Below are positions 25,083 to 36,830 of a DNA stretch of 64,000 nt, one piece after another (within the stretch, counting starts at the first letter, position 1; every line of letters begins with the position of its first letter). The DNA is from Gammaproteobacteria bacterium (GTDB lineage Bacteria > Pseudomonadota > Gammaproteobacteria > Poriferisulfidales > GCA-002705445). The notes beneath the pieces are model-generated. The model worked only from the letters and a program-made list of their open reading frames with translations. It was not told the origin of the DNA and did no database searches. Position numbers and translations under genes: made by a program. The DNA lies in NCBI GenBank assembly GCA_045561235.1, contig JBJKYB010000002.1:874942-938941 (forward strand), given 5' to 3'.

Positions 25083-26512
25083 TTGCAGAAATCACAATTA
25101 ATAGTTTAGTAAATTTTTCTCCTGAAATTTTATTATTTTTAATGGCAATGATTATTTTGATGGCCGGTATATATAGGTTTTCTGAAAAGTATGTATTTCA
25201 TTTAGCAGTGTTCTCAATAATTTTTGCTTTTTTTTTAGGATTTCAAAATTATTCAAGTGAATCAATTTTAATTTTTAATGAATCAATAATAAAAAGTGAA
25301 GTTACCGATCTTTTTAAGTTTTTATGTTATTTTCTTTTCTTAATTCAAATATTAGTATCAAGAAATTATCTCAAAAATAAAAATCTTATTTCTGGTGAAT
25401 TTTATTCACTACTTACTTTTGCATTAATTGGATGCTTGATAATAATATCTTCAAATAATTTAATAGTTCTTTTTCTTGGAATAGAGCTATCATCACTTAG
25501 CTTATATTCTTTAATTGCTTTAAACAGATCAAGTTTTTTATCAAGTGAAGCTGCTGTGAAGTACTTCGTTTTAAGTACAATTGCTTCAGGTATAATATTG
25601 TTTGGATTCTCATATCTATATGGAATCACAGGTACATTATTTATTGATGATATCGCGAAATTTTCATTATCTAATGAAACCTCAAATTTATACTTGTTTT
25701 CATATGTTTTGATTTTCATTGGTGTAGCTTTTAAATTTGCTGTTGCACCCTTTCATATGTGGTTACCTGATGTATATGAGGGAGCGCCATTACCCGTTAC
25801 AAATTTTATAGCGTCAATACCTAAAATTGCTTTCTTCGTTTTAGCATATAGATTTTTATATAGTAATCCAATAATAAGTGATGAAAATTTCTCAAGTTTA
25901 CTTTTGTTGCTGGGAGTTTTTTCTATTCTTATTGGAAATTTATATGCATTAGCACAAAAGAAAATAATGAGAATGTTAGCTTATTCGGGAGTTGCGAATG
26001 CAGGCTTTATTTTTTTAGCGATATTTTCAGCATTCGCAAATAATTTTTCTATCGCTGCGTTTTATATAATCACTTATTCTTTAGCAACTGTGTCTGCAAT
26101 ATCATTGATAACTTTTATTTCATCAAGAAAATTTGATTTAATCTATATAAAAGATTTTAAGGGACTTTCAGTTAAATCAGGTTATATTTCAGTTTTGTTT
26201 ATGATCACATTACTCTCAACTGCTGGAATACCATTAACTGTTGGTTTTTATGCTAAATATATTATTCTAGATGCATTAGTCAATAGGGATTTTATAATTA
26301 CTGCTGTCATAGTGGTTCTTTTTACGGTAATTGGTTTATATTATTATCTAAGAATAATTTGGTTTATGTTTTTTGAAGAAGATTCTAATAGTCTTCTTAA
26401 TATTAAAGGAAAGCTTTCACTTTTGATTTTAACAATTATTCCTGCAGCAATTCTTCTAATGTTTTTATTTCCAGATATATTACTTGATCATATTTTTCGG
26501 ATACTTACTTGA
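25079..26512 (+). CDS. nuoN: NADH-quinone oxidoreductase subunit N
   Basis: 477-aa antiporter-like subunit (MWLPDVYEGAPLPVT motif); last gene of nuo operon. Confidence 0.93.
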   Translation: MIAEITINSLVNFSPEILLFLMAMIILMAGIYRFSEKYVFHLAVFSIIFAFFLGFQNYSSESILIFNESIIKSEVTDLFKFLCYFLFLIQILVSRNYLKNKNLISGEFYSLLTFALIGCLIIISSNNLIVLFLGIELSSLSLYSLIALNRSSFLSSEAAVKYFVLSTIASGIILFGFSYLYGITGTLFIDDIAKFSLSNETSNLYLFSYVLIFIGVAFKFAVAPFHMWLPDVYEGAPLPVTNFIASIPKIAFFVLAYRFLYSNPIISDENFSSLLLLLGVFSILIGNLYALAQKKIMRMLAYSGVANAGFIFLAIFSAFANNFSIAAFYIITYSLATVSAISLITFISSRKFDLIYIKDFKGLSVKSGYISVLFMITLLSTAGIPLTVGFYAKYIILDALVNRDFIITAVIVVLFTVIGLYYYLRIIWFMFFEEDSNSLLNIKGKLSLLILTIIPAAILLMFLFPDILLDHIFRILT

Positions 26513-26549
26513 TAAATTTGATTTCTGTAAGTACACTCCTTACATACGG

Positions 26550-26626
<77 letters not shown>

Positions 26627-26659
26627 GTTAAATTTCTTTTATTATTTTAATAGGTGCTT

Positions 26660-28486
26660 ATGTCTGCGGATATGCGAAACATCGCTATAATTGCCCATGT
26701 CGATCATGGAAAAACTACATTAATTGATTCCATATTAAAACAGAGTGGAACCTTTAGGGAAAATCAACAAATAGAAGAAAGATTGATGGATTCCGGTGAT
26801 CTTGAGAAAGAAAGAGGAATTACAATTTTAGCCAAACCAACTTCTATCTCGTGGAAAAATAACCGAATTAATATAATAGACACGCCTGGACATGCAGATT
26901 TTGGCGGCGAAGTTGAAAGAGTATTAGGAATGGCTGACGGTGTTATTCTTTTGACTGATGCAGCTGAAGGTCCAATGCCTCAAACTAAATTTGTATTAGG
27001 TAAAGCTTTAGCTCAGGGACTTAAACCAATGGTGATAATTAACAAAGTAGATAGATCGGATAGCAGACCTGATGAAGTCATTGATGAAGTTTTTGATTTA
27101 TTTGTATCTCTTAATGCAAGCGATGAACAATTAGATTTTCCTATTATGTATGCTTCAGGTAGAGACGGCTGGTGCAATAAAGAACTTAGTGATGAGAGAG
27201 TAAATTTACATGCTTTATTAGATCTAATATTAGAGTATGTTTCACCACCAAAAGTAGAAATTGATAAACCTTTTGCAATGCTTTCAACACTCTTGGATTC
27301 TGATCCCTACCTGGGCAGATGTTTAATAGGAAGAGTAGAGCAAGGTTCTGCAAAAGTTAATGACAGTGTTAAGTCAATAAATTTAGACGGAGAAATTATA
27401 GAGAGAGGACGACTAACAAAACTTTTAAGATTCAATGGGGCCGAAAGAATTCCGGTTAGTGAGGTACATGCAGGAGATATAATATGCATAGCAGGCCTAA
27501 CAAAAACATCAGTTGCTGATACTATATGCAATTCTGAGGTATCAATTCCAATCAAATCGACCCCAATTGATCCTCCTACCATGTCAATAACAATATTAGT
27601 GAATGATTCTCCCTTGGCTGGTTCAGAAGGAAAAAAAGTTACATCAACTGCCATCCGGGAAAGATTAATGGCAGAAGATGAAGTAAATGTAGCCATAACT
27701 TTTTCTGAAAATGAAAATAAAGATGCTTTTGAAATTGGCGGCAGAGGAGAATTACAGCTTGGTGTCCTTGTTGAGCAGATGAGAAGAGAAGGTTTTGAAT
27801 TAACTGTTTCCAGACCAAATGTACTTCTTAAGACAGACTCTGAAAATAATAAACTTGAGCCTTTTGAAGAGGTAACTATAGATGTTGATAAAGAATTTTC
27901 GAGCACAGTTATTGATAGTATGAACCAGAGAAGATCAGAATTGATTGACATGAATTCAACTGAAGGGGAGAAAGTTAGATTAATCTTTTTAGCACCTTCA
28001 AGAGGTCTAATTGGATATCAAAGTAAATTCTTAACTGATACTAGAGGAACTGGTGTAATTAATAGAGTTTTTCATTCATACGGGGCGTATAAAGGGGAAA
28101 TGGGATCAAGGAGAAATGGAGCCTTAATCTCAACTGAGACTGGAACCGCCGTCGCATATGCAATTTTCAATCTTCAGTCAAGCGGAATAATGTTTATTGA
28201 CCCTCAAACCAGGGTTTATCAAGGTATGATAGTAGGAGAGCATAGTAAAGAAAATGATTTAGCTATTAATGTTTTAAAAGGAAAACAGCTAACAAATGTA
28301 AGAGCATCTGGAACTGATAAGGCAGTAACTTTAGTTCCGCCCAGAAAAATGTCTCTAGAACAAATGATGTCTTATATCAATGATGATGAGCTTTTAGAGG
28401 TTACTCCAAAAAATCTTCGGCTGAGAAAGCGACATTTAGACCCAATAATAAGGAAAAGAAATAGCAAAGATAATGATAAAAATTAG
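26660..28486 (+). CDS. typA: Translational GTPase TypA/BipA (ORF track offers GTG 26654; ATG 26660 preferred)
   Basis: RNIAIIAHVDHGKTTL G1 motif, DTPGHADFGGEVER, NKVDR; EF-G-like domain layout. Confidence 0.93.
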   Translation: MSADMRNIAIIAHVDHGKTTLIDSILKQSGTFRENQQIEERLMDSGDLEKERGITILAKPTSISWKNNRINIIDTPGHADFGGEVERVLGMADGVILLTDAAEGPMPQTKFVLGKALAQGLKPMVIINKVDRSDSRPDEVIDEVFDLFVSLNASDEQLDFPIMYASGRDGWCNKELSDERVNLHALLDLILEYVSPPKVEIDKPFAMLSTLLDSDPYLGRCLIGRVEQGSAKVNDSVKSINLDGEIIERGRLTKLLRFNGAERIPVSEVHAGDIICIAGLTKTSVADTICNSEVSIPIKSTPIDPPTMSITILVNDSPLAGSEGKKVTSTAIRERLMAEDEVNVAITFSENENKDAFEIGGRGELQLGVLVEQMRREGFELTVSRPNVLLKTDSENNKLEPFEEVTIDVDKEFSSTVIDSMNQRRSELIDMNSTEGEKVRLIFLAPSRGLIGYQSKFLTDTRGTGVINRVFHSYGAYKGEMGSRRNGALISTETGTAVAYAIFNLQSSGIMFIDPQTRVYQGMIVGEHSKENDLAINVLKGKQLTNVRASGTDKAVTLVPPRKMSLEQMMSYINDDELLEVTPKNLRLRKRHLDPIIRKRNSKDNDKN

Positions 28487-28572
28487 CTTTTCTAAATAAT
28501 GCACTAAACATTAAATATGTTTAATAGATTTCTTGCGTAAATAGATGAAAATATGTGTATTTTTAAAATATG

Positions 28573-28601
28573 TTGATGTTTTACGCTTTCCAAAATATAC
28601 T
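28573..28601 (+). promoter_or_regulatory. Putative sigma70 promoter (TTGATG-17 nt-TATACT) in typA/rimP intergenic region
   Basis: Hexamers read directly from sequence with 17-nt spacer; lies ~110 nt upstream of rimP start and immediately upstream of two hairpins. Confidence 0.4.
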
Positions 28602-28623
28602 ATAAATATTGATTTAAACTAGT

Positions 28624-28647
28624 AATCCTTTAAAAAAGGATTTTTTT
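28624..28647 (+). terminator. AT-rich hairpin (AATCCTTT-aaa-AAAGGATT) followed by T5 run; intrinsic terminator/attenuator-like
   Basis: Perfect 8-bp inverted repeat with 3-nt loop then TTTTT, seen directly. Confidence 0.4.
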
Positions 28648-28650
28648 AGA

Positions 28651-28671
28651 GCCCCTTTATGGGGTTTTTTT
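28651..28671 (+). terminator. GC hairpin (GCCCC-tttat-GGGG) followed by T7 run; intrinsic terminator/attenuator-like
   Basis: 4-6 bp G/C stem, 5-nt loop, then TTTTTTT, seen directly; second of two tandem hairpins upstream of rimP. Confidence 0.4.
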
Positions 28672-28711
28672 CGTCTAAGGATGAATTTATTTAGATTAGA
28701 GGTATTTTTAA

Positions 28712-29152
28712 TTGAAAAAAGAAATTGCAAAAGCTTTAGAACCGGTGGTTTTAGCCATGGGGTATGAAATGTGGGGATTGAGTGTTACACAACAAGGTAA
28801 TTCAATTAAGCTTACCTTATATATTGATAGCGAGAACGGTATAAAAATTGAAGATTGTGAAAGAGTAAGTCATCAAGTCACACATCTTTTAGATACTGAA
28901 AAATTATGTGATCCAAATTATGTATTAGAAGTATCTTCTCCAGGTTTTGATAGAGTTTTGATGACAAGTGAGCATTTTAATAAATATTTAAATGAAGAAG
29001 TGAAAGTAAAGTTGAAATGGTTAGTTAAAAATAGAAAAAATATTAAAGGTCTAATAGCTGGTGTAACAGAAGATCACGTGGTTATTAATGAAAACAACGA
29101 ATCATATGAAATTAAATATGATTCCATAGAAAACGCAAGATTAAAGGTATAG
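28712..29152 (+). CDS. rimP: Ribosome maturation factor RimP
   Basis: TTG start; LEVSSPGFDRVL motif; collinear with E. coli RimP; precedes nusA. Confidence 0.9.
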   Translation: MKKEIAKALEPVVLAMGYEMWGLSVTQQGNSIKLTLYIDSENGIKIEDCERVSHQVTHLLDTEKLCDPNYVLEVSSPGFDRVLMTSEHFNKYLNEEVKVKLKWLVKNRKNIKGLIAGVTEDHVVINENNESYEIKYDSIENARLKV

Positions 29153-29167
29153 TCTGGAGAAATTAAA

Positions 29168-30664
29168 ATGAGTAAAGAAATTTTAAATGTAGTAGATGCA
29201 GTTTCAAATGAAAAAGGGGTTGATAAAGAGATCATTTTTAATGCTATAGAAATTGCATTAGCAACTGCTACTAGAAAAAAATATTCAAAAGAAGTAGATG
29301 TCAGAGTATCAATTGATAGATCATCTGGAGATTATACTACTTACAGAAGATGGGTTGTCTTATCGGATGATGATCCAGAATTTTCATCACCAGATGCCCA
29401 AATTCTTCATTCTTACGCTACAAAGCAATATGAAGAAATTGAAATTGGTGACTCAATAGAAGAAGAAATAGAGTCAGTACCCTTTGGAAGAATCGCTGCT
29501 CATACAGCAAAACAAGTTATAGTTCAAAAAGTTAGAGAAGCAGAGAGATTAAGAATTGTTGAGTCATTCGAAGGAAAAGTCGGCGAGTTAATCATGGGTA
29601 TCGTTAAGCGCGTTGAACACAATGGTGTTTTAATTGATTTAGGAAATAATACTGAAGGTTTTATAGAAAAAGATGATCTTATCCCAAGAGAAGCCATAAG
29701 AAATGGTGATAGGGTTAGAGCATTTTTAAAAGAGGTAAGAGCAGAAGCAAAAGGGCCACAATTATTTTTATCTCGAACACATCCAGATTTTTTAATTAAT
29801 CTTTTTAGTCTAGAAGTGCCTGAAGTTGGGCAAGACTTGATTGAAATTTTAAGTGCTGCAAGAGACCCTGGGGTAAGAGCTAAGATAGCAGTAAAATCAA
29901 ACGACCCAAGGCTCGATCCAGTTGGGGCATGTGTTGGGATGAGAGGATCAAGAGTCCAATCTGTATCAAATGAGATAGCAGGTGAAAGAATTGATATAAT
30001 TTTATGGGATGAAAATCCAGCACAATTCGTAATCAACGCAATGTCACCTGCAACCGTATTATCTATAGTCATGGATGAGGATACAAAAAGTATGGATATA
30101 GCTGTTGAAGAAGAAAAGTTATCGCAGGCCATAGGCAGAGGTGGACAAAATGTCAAACTTGCAAGTCAACTTACTGGCTGGGACTTAAATGTTATGACTG
30201 AAGGCCAGGCTGACGAAAAAAGTGAAGCTGAGACAATAGAAATAAGTGAAAATTTTTCGAAGTATTTAGATATTAAATCTGATATTGCATTAGTCTTAGC
30301 GCAAGAAGGTTTCTCAAGTATTGACGAAATAGCTTATGCTCCGCCAAAAGATATGACTGAAATTAAAGCATTAGATGAAAATATTGTTGAAGAGATTAGA
30401 AGTAAAGCCAGAGATTATTTATTAAAACAAGCGATAAATCCAGAATCATTAAATATGGATGCAGAGCCATCAAAAGCTCTTTTAGAGATGGAAGGAATGT
30501 CAAATGATTTAGCATTTGAGTTAGCATGTAGGGGAATAATAACTATAGACGATTTGGCTGATCAATCCATTGATGAATTAATGCCGATAAAAGATATGAC
30601 TGAAGAATTAGCAGGAAAACTAATAATGACAGCAAGAGCTCCAATGTTGGAGGGAGTCAAATAA
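29168..30664 (+). CDS. nusA: Transcription termination/antitermination factor NusA
   Basis: N-terminal domain, S1 and two KH domains ([22 protein letters not shown]), C-terminal acidic repeats. Confidence 0.95.
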   Translation: MSKEILNVVDAVSNEKGVDKEIIFNAIEIALATATRKKYSKEVDVRVSIDRSSGDYTTYRRWVVLSDDDPEFSSPDAQILHSYATKQYEEIEIGDSIEEEIESVPFGRIAAHTAKQVIVQKVREAERLRIVESFEGKVGELIMGIVKRVEHNGVLIDLGNNTEGFIEKDDLIPREAIRNGDRVRAFLKEVRAEAKGPQLFLSRTHPDFLINLFSLEVPEVGQDLIEILSAARDPGVRAKIAVKSNDPRLDPVGACVGMRGSRVQSVSNEIAGERIDIILWDENPAQFVINAMSPATVLSIVMDEDTKSMDIAVEEEKLSQAIGRGGQNVKLASQLTGWDLNVMTEGQADEKSEAETIEISENFSKYLDIKSDIALVLAQEGFSSIDEIAYAPPKDMTEIKALDENIVEEIRSKARDYLLKQAINPESLNMDAEPSKALLEMEGMSNDLAFELACRGIITIDDLADQSIDELMPIKDMTEELAGKLIMTARAPMLEGVK

Positions 30665-30666
30665 TA

Positions 30667-33132
30667 ATGACAGATATAACGGTTAAAAAATTTTCAAAAA
30701 CAGTAGGGCTTCCTGTGAGTCGTTTAATAGATCAGTTAGAGCTTGCTGGTGTAACTAAAAAAAATGAGGATGACTTAATAAGTGATGAAGAAAAGATGCA
30801 ACTATTAAATTACGTTAGAAATAGTCAAAATACAAAACAAACATCAAATATTACAAAAACAGAAAATAATAATGACGATAATAATAAAGTTAACGATGCC
30901 ATTGAAAAGCAAAAAAATACAACTACTATAAGAAGAAAAAAAGTTTTTTCAAAAAAAAATAATCAAATTACAGAAAAGCTGGATTTAAAAAAAGAAGATA
31001 ACTTTACTGATGCGAATGCAAAACTTGCATCTGATGAAGATAATATTAATAACAAAGAAGATGCAGATTTCAAAGACAGTCAAAATGGACTTTCTCAAAA
31101 TCAAGAGTACTATAACGAAAATATTAATACTTCTGATGACGCAGCAAATAATACAGACTCTGATAAGAATATTAAAAAAAGAAAAAAGAAATCAAAGACA
31201 AAATTTGTTAATAACGAAGAAAAAAATAATGTTGTTATAAAGTCAAAAAAAAGAAGAAAAAAAATACATATTTCTGACGAAAATAGAATTGTAAGAAAAA
31301 ATCCTTCTAAGAAATCAAAATCTGAAAATACTGAAGATAAGCATCAATTTGAAAAACCTACTGAGCCTGTGATTTATACTGTAAAATTAGGTGAATATAT
31401 TACTGTAGCTGAAATTGCTACAGCGATTTCTGTTAAGTCAGCTGAGGTTATAAAAGTTTTGATGAAAATGGGAGTTATGGCTACTATAAATGAATCTCTT
31501 GATCAAGATACAGCAACATTATTAATTGAAGAAATGGGTCATAAAGTAACTGCTATTGATTATGAGAATATTGAAAAAAATCTTTTAACTATTGAGCCTG
31601 AAGATAAATATGAATTAGAGTCCAGGCCTCCTACTGTAACCATAATGGGTCATGTTGATCATGGAAAAACCTCATTACTAGATTTTATTAGAGCAAGCAG
31701 GGTTGCTTCAGGAGAAGCCGGAGGAATAACTCAGCACATAGGTGCTTATCAGGTAAGAACAAATCAAGGATTATTGACTTTCTTAGATACACCCGGACAT
31801 GCTGCATTTACTTCAATGAGGGCCCGTGGAGCAAATTGCACAGACATTGTCATATTAGTTGTAGCCGCAGACGATGGGGTAAAGCCACAAACTATTGAAG
31901 CTATTGAGCATTCTAAAGCAGCTGAAGTACCAATAATAGTTGCAATAAATAAGATTGATAAAGAAGGCGCAAATGTAGAGAATGTAAAAACAGAATTAAC
32001 TAAGTATGAAATTATTCCAGAAGAGTGGGGTGGTGAAAATATTTTTGTAGAAGTTTCTGCCAAAGAAGGCACTGGAATTGATAATTTATTAGATTCAATT
32101 TCTTTATTATCAGAGGTTCTTGAACTAAAAGCTATTTCTAAAGGCTCAGCAACTGGTATTGTTTTAGAGTCTTCTTTAGATAAAGGTAAAGGCGCGACTG
32201 CAACTGTATTGGTTCAAAAAGGTTGTATGAATACTGGAGATAATATTATATGCGGACAAGAATTTGGAAGAATTAGGGCAATGATAGATCAGGATGGAAA
32301 GAGAGTAAATTATGCAACGCCATCAACACCTGTAGTTATTCTTGGGCTGTCTGGCGCTCCCGACGTTGGTGATGAGGTTTTATCTGCGGTCAATGATAAA
32401 AAAATAAGAGATATTGCAGAGTTTAGAAAGACAAAAATCAGGGATAATAAATTTGCATCGCAACACCAGGCTCCCACACTCGACAACATCTTTAGTAATC
32501 TTAAACAGGGTGAAATTCCATCATTAAATATCTTATTAAAAACTGATGTTCAAGGAAGTTCACAAGCAATTTGTGAATCTATTTCGAAACTTAATACTGA
32601 TGAAGTAACAGTTAAAATAATTAGTTCTTCAGCTGGTGCAATTAACGAATCAGATATTGCTCTTGCAGAAGCATCCAATGCGATAATTTTAGGTTTTAAT
32701 GTTAGGGCGGATAGCCAAGCACGAAGAACTGTTGAAGAAAAGAATATCGATTTAAGATATTACAGTATTATTTACGATTTAATTGATGATGTTAAAGCCG
32801 GAATGAGCGGGCTCTTATCTCCTGAAACTAGAGAGGAGATATTAGGATTAGCTGAGGTTAAAGATGTTTTTAAATCATCAGCTATGGGCGCTGTCGCTGG
32901 ATGTCAAGTTGTAGAGGGAATTGTAAAAAAAGGAAACCCAATAAGAGTTTTACGAGATAATATAGTTATCTATGAAGGGGAACTTGAATCTTTAAGAAGG
33001 CATAAAGATGATGTAAATGAAGTAAAACTTGGAACTGAATGTGGAATAGCCGTAAAGAACTACAATGATGTAAAAGCTGGTGATAATATTGAGGTTTATC
33101 AAAGAATAGAGATTGCAAGAAAAATTGAATAA
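30667..33132 (+). CDS. infB: Translation initiation factor IF-2, with long Asn/Lys/Asp-rich low-complexity N-terminal linker
   Basis: G-domain [25 protein letters not shown]; C-terminal domains; nusA-infB-rbfA order. Confidence 0.95.
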   Translation: MTDITVKKFSKTVGLPVSRLIDQLELAGVTKKNEDDLISDEEKMQLLNYVRNSQNTKQTSNITKTENNNDDNNKVNDAIEKQKNTTTIRRKKVFSKKNNQITEKLDLKKEDNFTDANAKLASDEDNINNKEDADFKDSQNGLSQNQEYYNENINTSDDAANNTDSDKNIKKRKKKSKTKFVNNEEKNNVVIKSKKRRKKIHISDENRIVRKNPSKKSKSENTEDKHQFEKPTEPVIYTVKLGEYITVAEIATAISVKSAEVIKVLMKMGVMATINESLDQDTATLLIEEMGHKVTAIDYENIEKNLLTIEPEDKYELESRPPTVTIMGHVDHGKTSLLDFIRASRVASGEAGGITQHIGAYQVRTNQGLLTFLDTPGHAAFTSMRARGANCTDIVILVVAADDGVKPQTIEAIEHSKAAEVPIIVAINKIDKEGANVENVKTELTKYEIIPEEWGGENIFVEVSAKEGTGIDNLLDSISLLSEVLELKAISKGSATGIVLESSLDKGKGATATVLVQKGCMNTGDNIICGQEFGRIRAMIDQDGKRVNYATPSTPVVILGLSGAPDVGDEVLSAVNDKKIRDIAEFRKTKIRDNKFASQHQAPTLDNIFSNLKQGEIPSLNILLKTDVQGSSQAICESISKLNTDEVTVKIISSSAGAINESDIALAEASNAIILGFNVRADSQARRTVEEKNIDLRYYSIIYDLIDDVKAGMSGLLSPETREEILGLAEVKDVFKSSAMGAVAGCQVVEGIVKKGNPIRVLRDNIVIYEGELESLRRHKDDVNEVKLGTECGIAVKNYNDVKAGDNIEVYQRIEIARKIE

Positions 33133-33497
33133 TGAAATATGATTCAGATAATCAAAGAGTACACAGGATAAACTCTGTTTTGATGAAAGAGATTGCAAAA
33201 ATTATTCAAAGTGAAATAAATGATCCAAGAATAAAGAATGTTGTAATTACAGAAGTTCAGGTGTCAAAAGATTTAAAAAATGCAAAAATATTTTTTATAA
33301 TTTTTAACCAAAAAAATAAAAGCACAGAAGAAATTTCTTTGTTATCAAAAGCTATAAACTCTTCAAAATTATTTTTCAAAAAAAAATTGTCAGAGAATTC
33401 AAATTTAAGATCAGTTCCAAACTTAAGATTTATATATGATAATACTGAATCAAAGGCCTTTGAGCTCGAAGAATTAATAAATAAAAGTTTGAAATGA
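33132..33497 (+). CDS. rbfA: Ribosome-binding factor A
   Basis: RINSVLMKEIAKIIQSEINDPRIK N-terminus typical of RbfA; start overlaps infB stop. Confidence 0.88.
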   Translation: MKYDSDNQRVHRINSVLMKEIAKIIQSEINDPRIKNVVITEVQVSKDLKNAKIFFIIFNQKNKSTEEISLLSKAINSSKLFFKKKLSENSNLRSVPNLRFIYDNTESKAFELEELINKSLK

Positions 33498-34381
33498 TGC
33501 TAGATTTTAAACAAAGTTGCATAATACTTGATAAACCTTCTGGAATTTCATCAAATCATGCATTAAGCAAAGTAAAAAAAAAATTGAGTCAGAGAAAAGC
33601 AGGTTTCTCTGGCACTCTCGATCCACTTGCCAGCGGCCTATTAATTATATTTTTAAATAAAGCTACAAAACTTTGCTCGTCATTTCTAAATGCAGATAAA
33701 TCGTATAAGGCAACAATAAAACTTGGTATCACATCAACAACTGGTGACATTACTGGAGAAATAATATCTTCATCAAAAATCCCTGATATAAGGAGCATTG
33801 ATCTAAAAAAAATAGAAGAGAAATTTATGGGTTCTATTGAGCAAACTCCGCCAATGTATTCTGCATTAAAATATAAAGGTATTCGTTTGTATGAATATGC
33901 AAGAAAAGGTATTTATGTTCATAGAGATTCAAGAAATGTAGTCATACACAATATTAATTTAAGACATCTAAATGAAGGAAATTTACTTCTAGAAGTAAAT
34001 TGTTCGAAAGGAACTTACATTAGAACATTAGCTGAAAAGATTGGTGAAGAAATTGGATGCGGTGCTTTAATTTCTAGTTTAAAAAGAACAAAAATAGCAG
34101 ATATTGATCTTTCGAAATCGATTAATCTAGATATTTTACTGTCAAGCACTACTGAAGAAATATTCGATAAATATATAATAAATGTAGATTTATTATTAAG
34201 TGATGCTACTTCGCATGAACTTTTGGATAACGAAGTAGTCAAAATTCTGAATGGAAGTAAAATTAAAACTAATAAAAGACCATCAAAAACTGTTAAGATT
34301 TATGATTATCATGGAAGATTTATAGGTGTCGGCGAAATTAATGAAAATTCTGAGCTTTTACCTAAGAAAATATTATTATAA
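33494..34381 (+). CDS. truB: tRNA pseudouridine(55) synthase TruB
   Basis: GTLDPLASGLL catalytic Asp motif, PUA-like C-terminus; conserved position. Confidence 0.92.
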   Translation: MMLDFKQSCIILDKPSGISSNHALSKVKKKLSQRKAGFSGTLDPLASGLLIIFLNKATKLCSSFLNADKSYKATIKLGITSTTGDITGEIISSSKIPDIRSIDLKKIEEKFMGSIEQTPPMYSALKYKGIRLYEYARKGIYVHRDSRNVVIHNINLRHLNEGNLLLEVNCSKGTYIRTLAEKIGEEIGCGALISSLKRTKIADIDLSKSINLDILLSSTTEEIFDKYIINVDLLLSDATSHELLDNEVVKILNGSKIKTNKRPSKTVKIYDYHGRFIGVGEINENSELLPKKILL

Positions 34382-34391
34382 AACTTAGTGT

Positions 34392-34419
34392 TTGTATCAT
34401 GAATATAACGTGCTAGAAT
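34392..34419 (+). promoter_or_regulatory. Putative rpsO promoter (TTGTAT-16 nt-TAGAAT)
   Basis: Hexamers read from sequence about 30 nt upstream of rpsO ATG; E. coli rpsO also has its own promoter after truB. Confidence 0.4.
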
Positions 34420-34450
34420 GCGGCCTTAAATTAAAGAATTAGTGAAAAAT

Positions 34451-34720
34451 ATGGCATTATCAACAGAAGAAAAAATAAAAGTTATTGAGCAATATCAAAA
34501 TGGAGATAAGGATACAGGATCTCCAGAAATACAAATAGCATTATTATCCAAGAGAATTGATTTTCTTACTGAACATTTTAGTGTACATAAAAAAGACCAC
34601 CATTCGCGCCATGGACTATTAAAAATGGTGAATACTAGAAGAAAGCTACTTGATTACCTGAAGAGAAAGAATATTGAAAGATACCAAACAATAGTCTCGT
34701 CATTAGGTTTAAGAAGATAA
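34451..34720 (+). CDS. rpsO: 30S ribosomal protein S15 (ATG 34451 chosen; ORF track GTG 34442 gives a 3-aa extension)
   Basis: [43 protein letters not shown]... 89 aa, classic S15. Confidence 0.93.
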   Translation: MALSTEEKIKVIEQYQNGDKDTGSPEIQIALLSKRIDFLTEHFSVHKKDHHSRHGLLKMVNTRRKLLDYLKRKNIERYQTIVSSLGLRR

Positions 34721-34735
34721 CCAAAAGAGAGATCT

Positions 34736-36811
34736 ATGAAACCAATAACAAAAAAGTTCCATTATGGAAATCACGAAGTAATTCTTGAGACAGGCAAAAT
34801 AGCAAGACAAGCTGATAGTGCTGTTTTAGCTAATATTGGTGGTACAGTTGTACTAACCACTGTTGTAGCAAAAGATGATGGGCAAGCAAGAGACTTTTTT
34901 CCATTAACAGTTAATTACCAAGAAAAAACTTATGCGGCTGGAAAAATTCCTGGTGGTTTTTTCAAGAGAGAAGGTAGACCAGCAGAAAAAGAAACTTTAA
35001 TTTCACGATTAATAGATAGACCAATAAGGCCATTATTCCCAAAAGAATTTACTCATGAAGTACAAGTCATATGTACTGTTATGAGTTTAAATCCAGAGAT
35101 AGATGCTGATGTAGTATCTTTAATTGGTGCATCTGCAGCACTTAAAATATCCGGAGTTCCATTTCAAGGACCACTTGGAGCTGCTAAAGTAGGTTACAAA
35201 GACGGCTCTTATTTATTAAACCCTAGTAAAACTGAATTATCTTCTTCAGATTTAGATCTTATGGTTGCAGGTACAAAAGATGGAGTACTTATGGTTGAAT
35301 CTGAAGCAAAAATGCTTAATGAAGATGTGATGCTTGGCGCAGTATCTTTTGGTCACAATGAGATGCAGGTTTTAATAGATGAGATTAATAATTTTGCAAA
35401 TGAATTTGGAGTCAAAGATTACACTTGGAATAAGCCGGTTAATGAAAATGAAAATCTAGAAAAAGAAGTTTATAGCGCATTTAAAGAAAGTATAACTGAA
35501 GCTTATTTAATATCGGATAAAGCGGAAAGAAATTTAAAAATATCTTCAATAAGACAAGATGCTGTTGAAAAATATAATACTGAAGAAGAATGTAAAAAAG
35601 ATTGTATAGAGAATTCAATTCATGATTTACAAAAAGATGTTGTTAGGAAAAATATCCTAGCAGGAAAGCCTAGAATAGATGGTAGAGATAATAAAACGGT
35701 AAGAAATATTTCAATCGAAGTAGATTTGTTACCAAAAACACATGGAAGTGCATTGTTCACAAGGGGAGAGACTCAAGCAATTGTTGTTGCAACTCTAGGT
35801 ACTGATAGAGACGGTCAGATAATTGATGCTATAGATGGAAAATACGAGGATAAATTCATGCTACATTATAATTTCCCTCCATTTTCGGTGGGAGAAACAG
35901 GTTTTGTTGGTTCTCCAAAGAGAAGAGAAATAGGGCATGGAAAATTAGCAAAAAGAGCAATAGTGCCAGTTTTACCATCACCTGATGATTTTCCATATGT
36001 TATAAGAGTAGTTTCCGAAATTACTGAATCAAATGGATCTAGTTCAATGGCAAGTGTTTGTGGGACCAGTTTATCTTTAATGGATGCAGGAGTTCCAATA
36101 ATATCTCCAGTAGCAGGCATTGCAATGGGTTTAATAAAAGAAAATGAAGATTTTGTTGTTCTTTCAGATATTCTTGGAGATGAGGATCATTTGGGTGATA
36201 TGGATTTTAAAGTAGCTGGAACTAAAGATGGAGTAACAGCCCTTCAGATGGATATTAAGATAAATGGAATAACCGAGGAGATAATGAAAATAGCTTTGGC
36301 TCAAGCAAAAGATGGTAGAGTGCATATCTTAGGAGAAATGAATAAAGTTATTAATTCCTCTCGAGAAGAAGTTTCTGAGAATGCCCCAAGGTTTGTAACC
36401 ATACAAGTTAAATCAGATAAAGTAAGAGATGTTATAGGTAAAGGTGGTGCGACAATAAGATCATTAACAGAAGAAACTGGAGCAGTTATAGATATAGATG
36501 ATACTGGAATGATCAAAATATCAGCAGTCGACAAAGATGCTGTAGAACTAGCAAAAACTAAAATTGAACAACTAACTGCTGATGTTGAAGTTGATAAAAT
36601 TTATGAAGGTAAAGTTGCAAAAATTATGGATTTTGGTGCATTTGTTACTGTTCTTCCAGGAAAGGATGGATTGGTTCATATTTCTCAAATATGCGAAGAG
36701 AGAGTTGAAAATGTTACTGATAAGGTTAAAGAAGGCGAAATTGTTAAAGTAAAAGTTCTTGAAATAGATAAACAAGGAAGAATTAAATTAACAATGAAAG
36801 GTTTAGATTAA
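34736..36811 (+). CDS. pnp: Polyribonucleotide nucleotidyltransferase (PNPase)
   Basis: Two RNase PH domains, KH and S1 domains ([13 protein letters not shown]); only 15 nt after rpsO. Confidence 0.96.
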   Translation: MKPITKKFHYGNHEVILETGKIARQADSAVLANIGGTVVLTTVVAKDDGQARDFFPLTVNYQEKTYAAGKIPGGFFKREGRPAEKETLISRLIDRPIRPLFPKEFTHEVQVICTVMSLNPEIDADVVSLIGASAALKISGVPFQGPLGAAKVGYKDGSYLLNPSKTELSSSDLDLMVAGTKDGVLMVESEAKMLNEDVMLGAVSFGHNEMQVLIDEINNFANEFGVKDYTWNKPVNENENLEKEVYSAFKESITEAYLISDKAERNLKISSIRQDAVEKYNTEEECKKDCIENSIHDLQKDVVRKNILAGKPRIDGRDNKTVRNISIEVDLLPKTHGSALFTRGETQAIVVATLGTDRDGQIIDAIDGKYEDKFMLHYNFPPFSVGETGFVGSPKRREIGHGKLAKRAIVPVLPSPDDFPYVIRVVSEITESNGSSSMASVCGTSLSLMDAGVPIISPVAGIAMGLIKENEDFVVLSDILGDEDHLGDMDFKVAGTKDGVTALQMDIKINGITEEIMKIALAQAKDGRVHILGEMNKVINSSREEVSENAPRFVTIQVKSDKVRDVIGKGGATIRSLTEETGAVIDIDDTGMIKISAVDKDAVELAKTKIEQLTADVEVDKIYEGKVAKIMDFGAFVTVLPGKDGLVHISQICEERVENVTDKVKEGEIVKVKVLEIDKQGRIKLTMKGLD

Positions 36812-36830
36812 ATATTTTTTTTAAGTTTTA

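Noticed and set aside
27307-27951. 214-aa ORF on the minus strand (and similar long antisense ORFs at 29524-30156, 43989-44624, 14694-15071, 31764-32072)
   Set aside because: Each lies entirely antisense to a strongly supported conserved gene (typA, nusA, DASS permease, nuoD, infB). Their products are low-complexity Ser/Thr/Ile-rich and typical of AT-rich antisense frames. No start signals or homologies are seen.
31010-31240. 76-aa internal ORF and striking Asn/Lys/Asp low-complexity stretch within infB (about 30830-31330)
   Set aside because: The internal ORF is an alternative-frame artefact of A-rich sequence. The low-complexity segment is the poorly conserved IF-2 N-terminal linker, common in AT-rich genomes.
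36572-36775. 67-aa minus-strand ORF and 36874-37059 plus-strand alternative-frame ORF near pnp/msrB
   Set aside because: They are embedded in or out of frame with the well-supported pnp and msrB genes. Composition is Asn/Phe/Ile-rich and there are no start signals.
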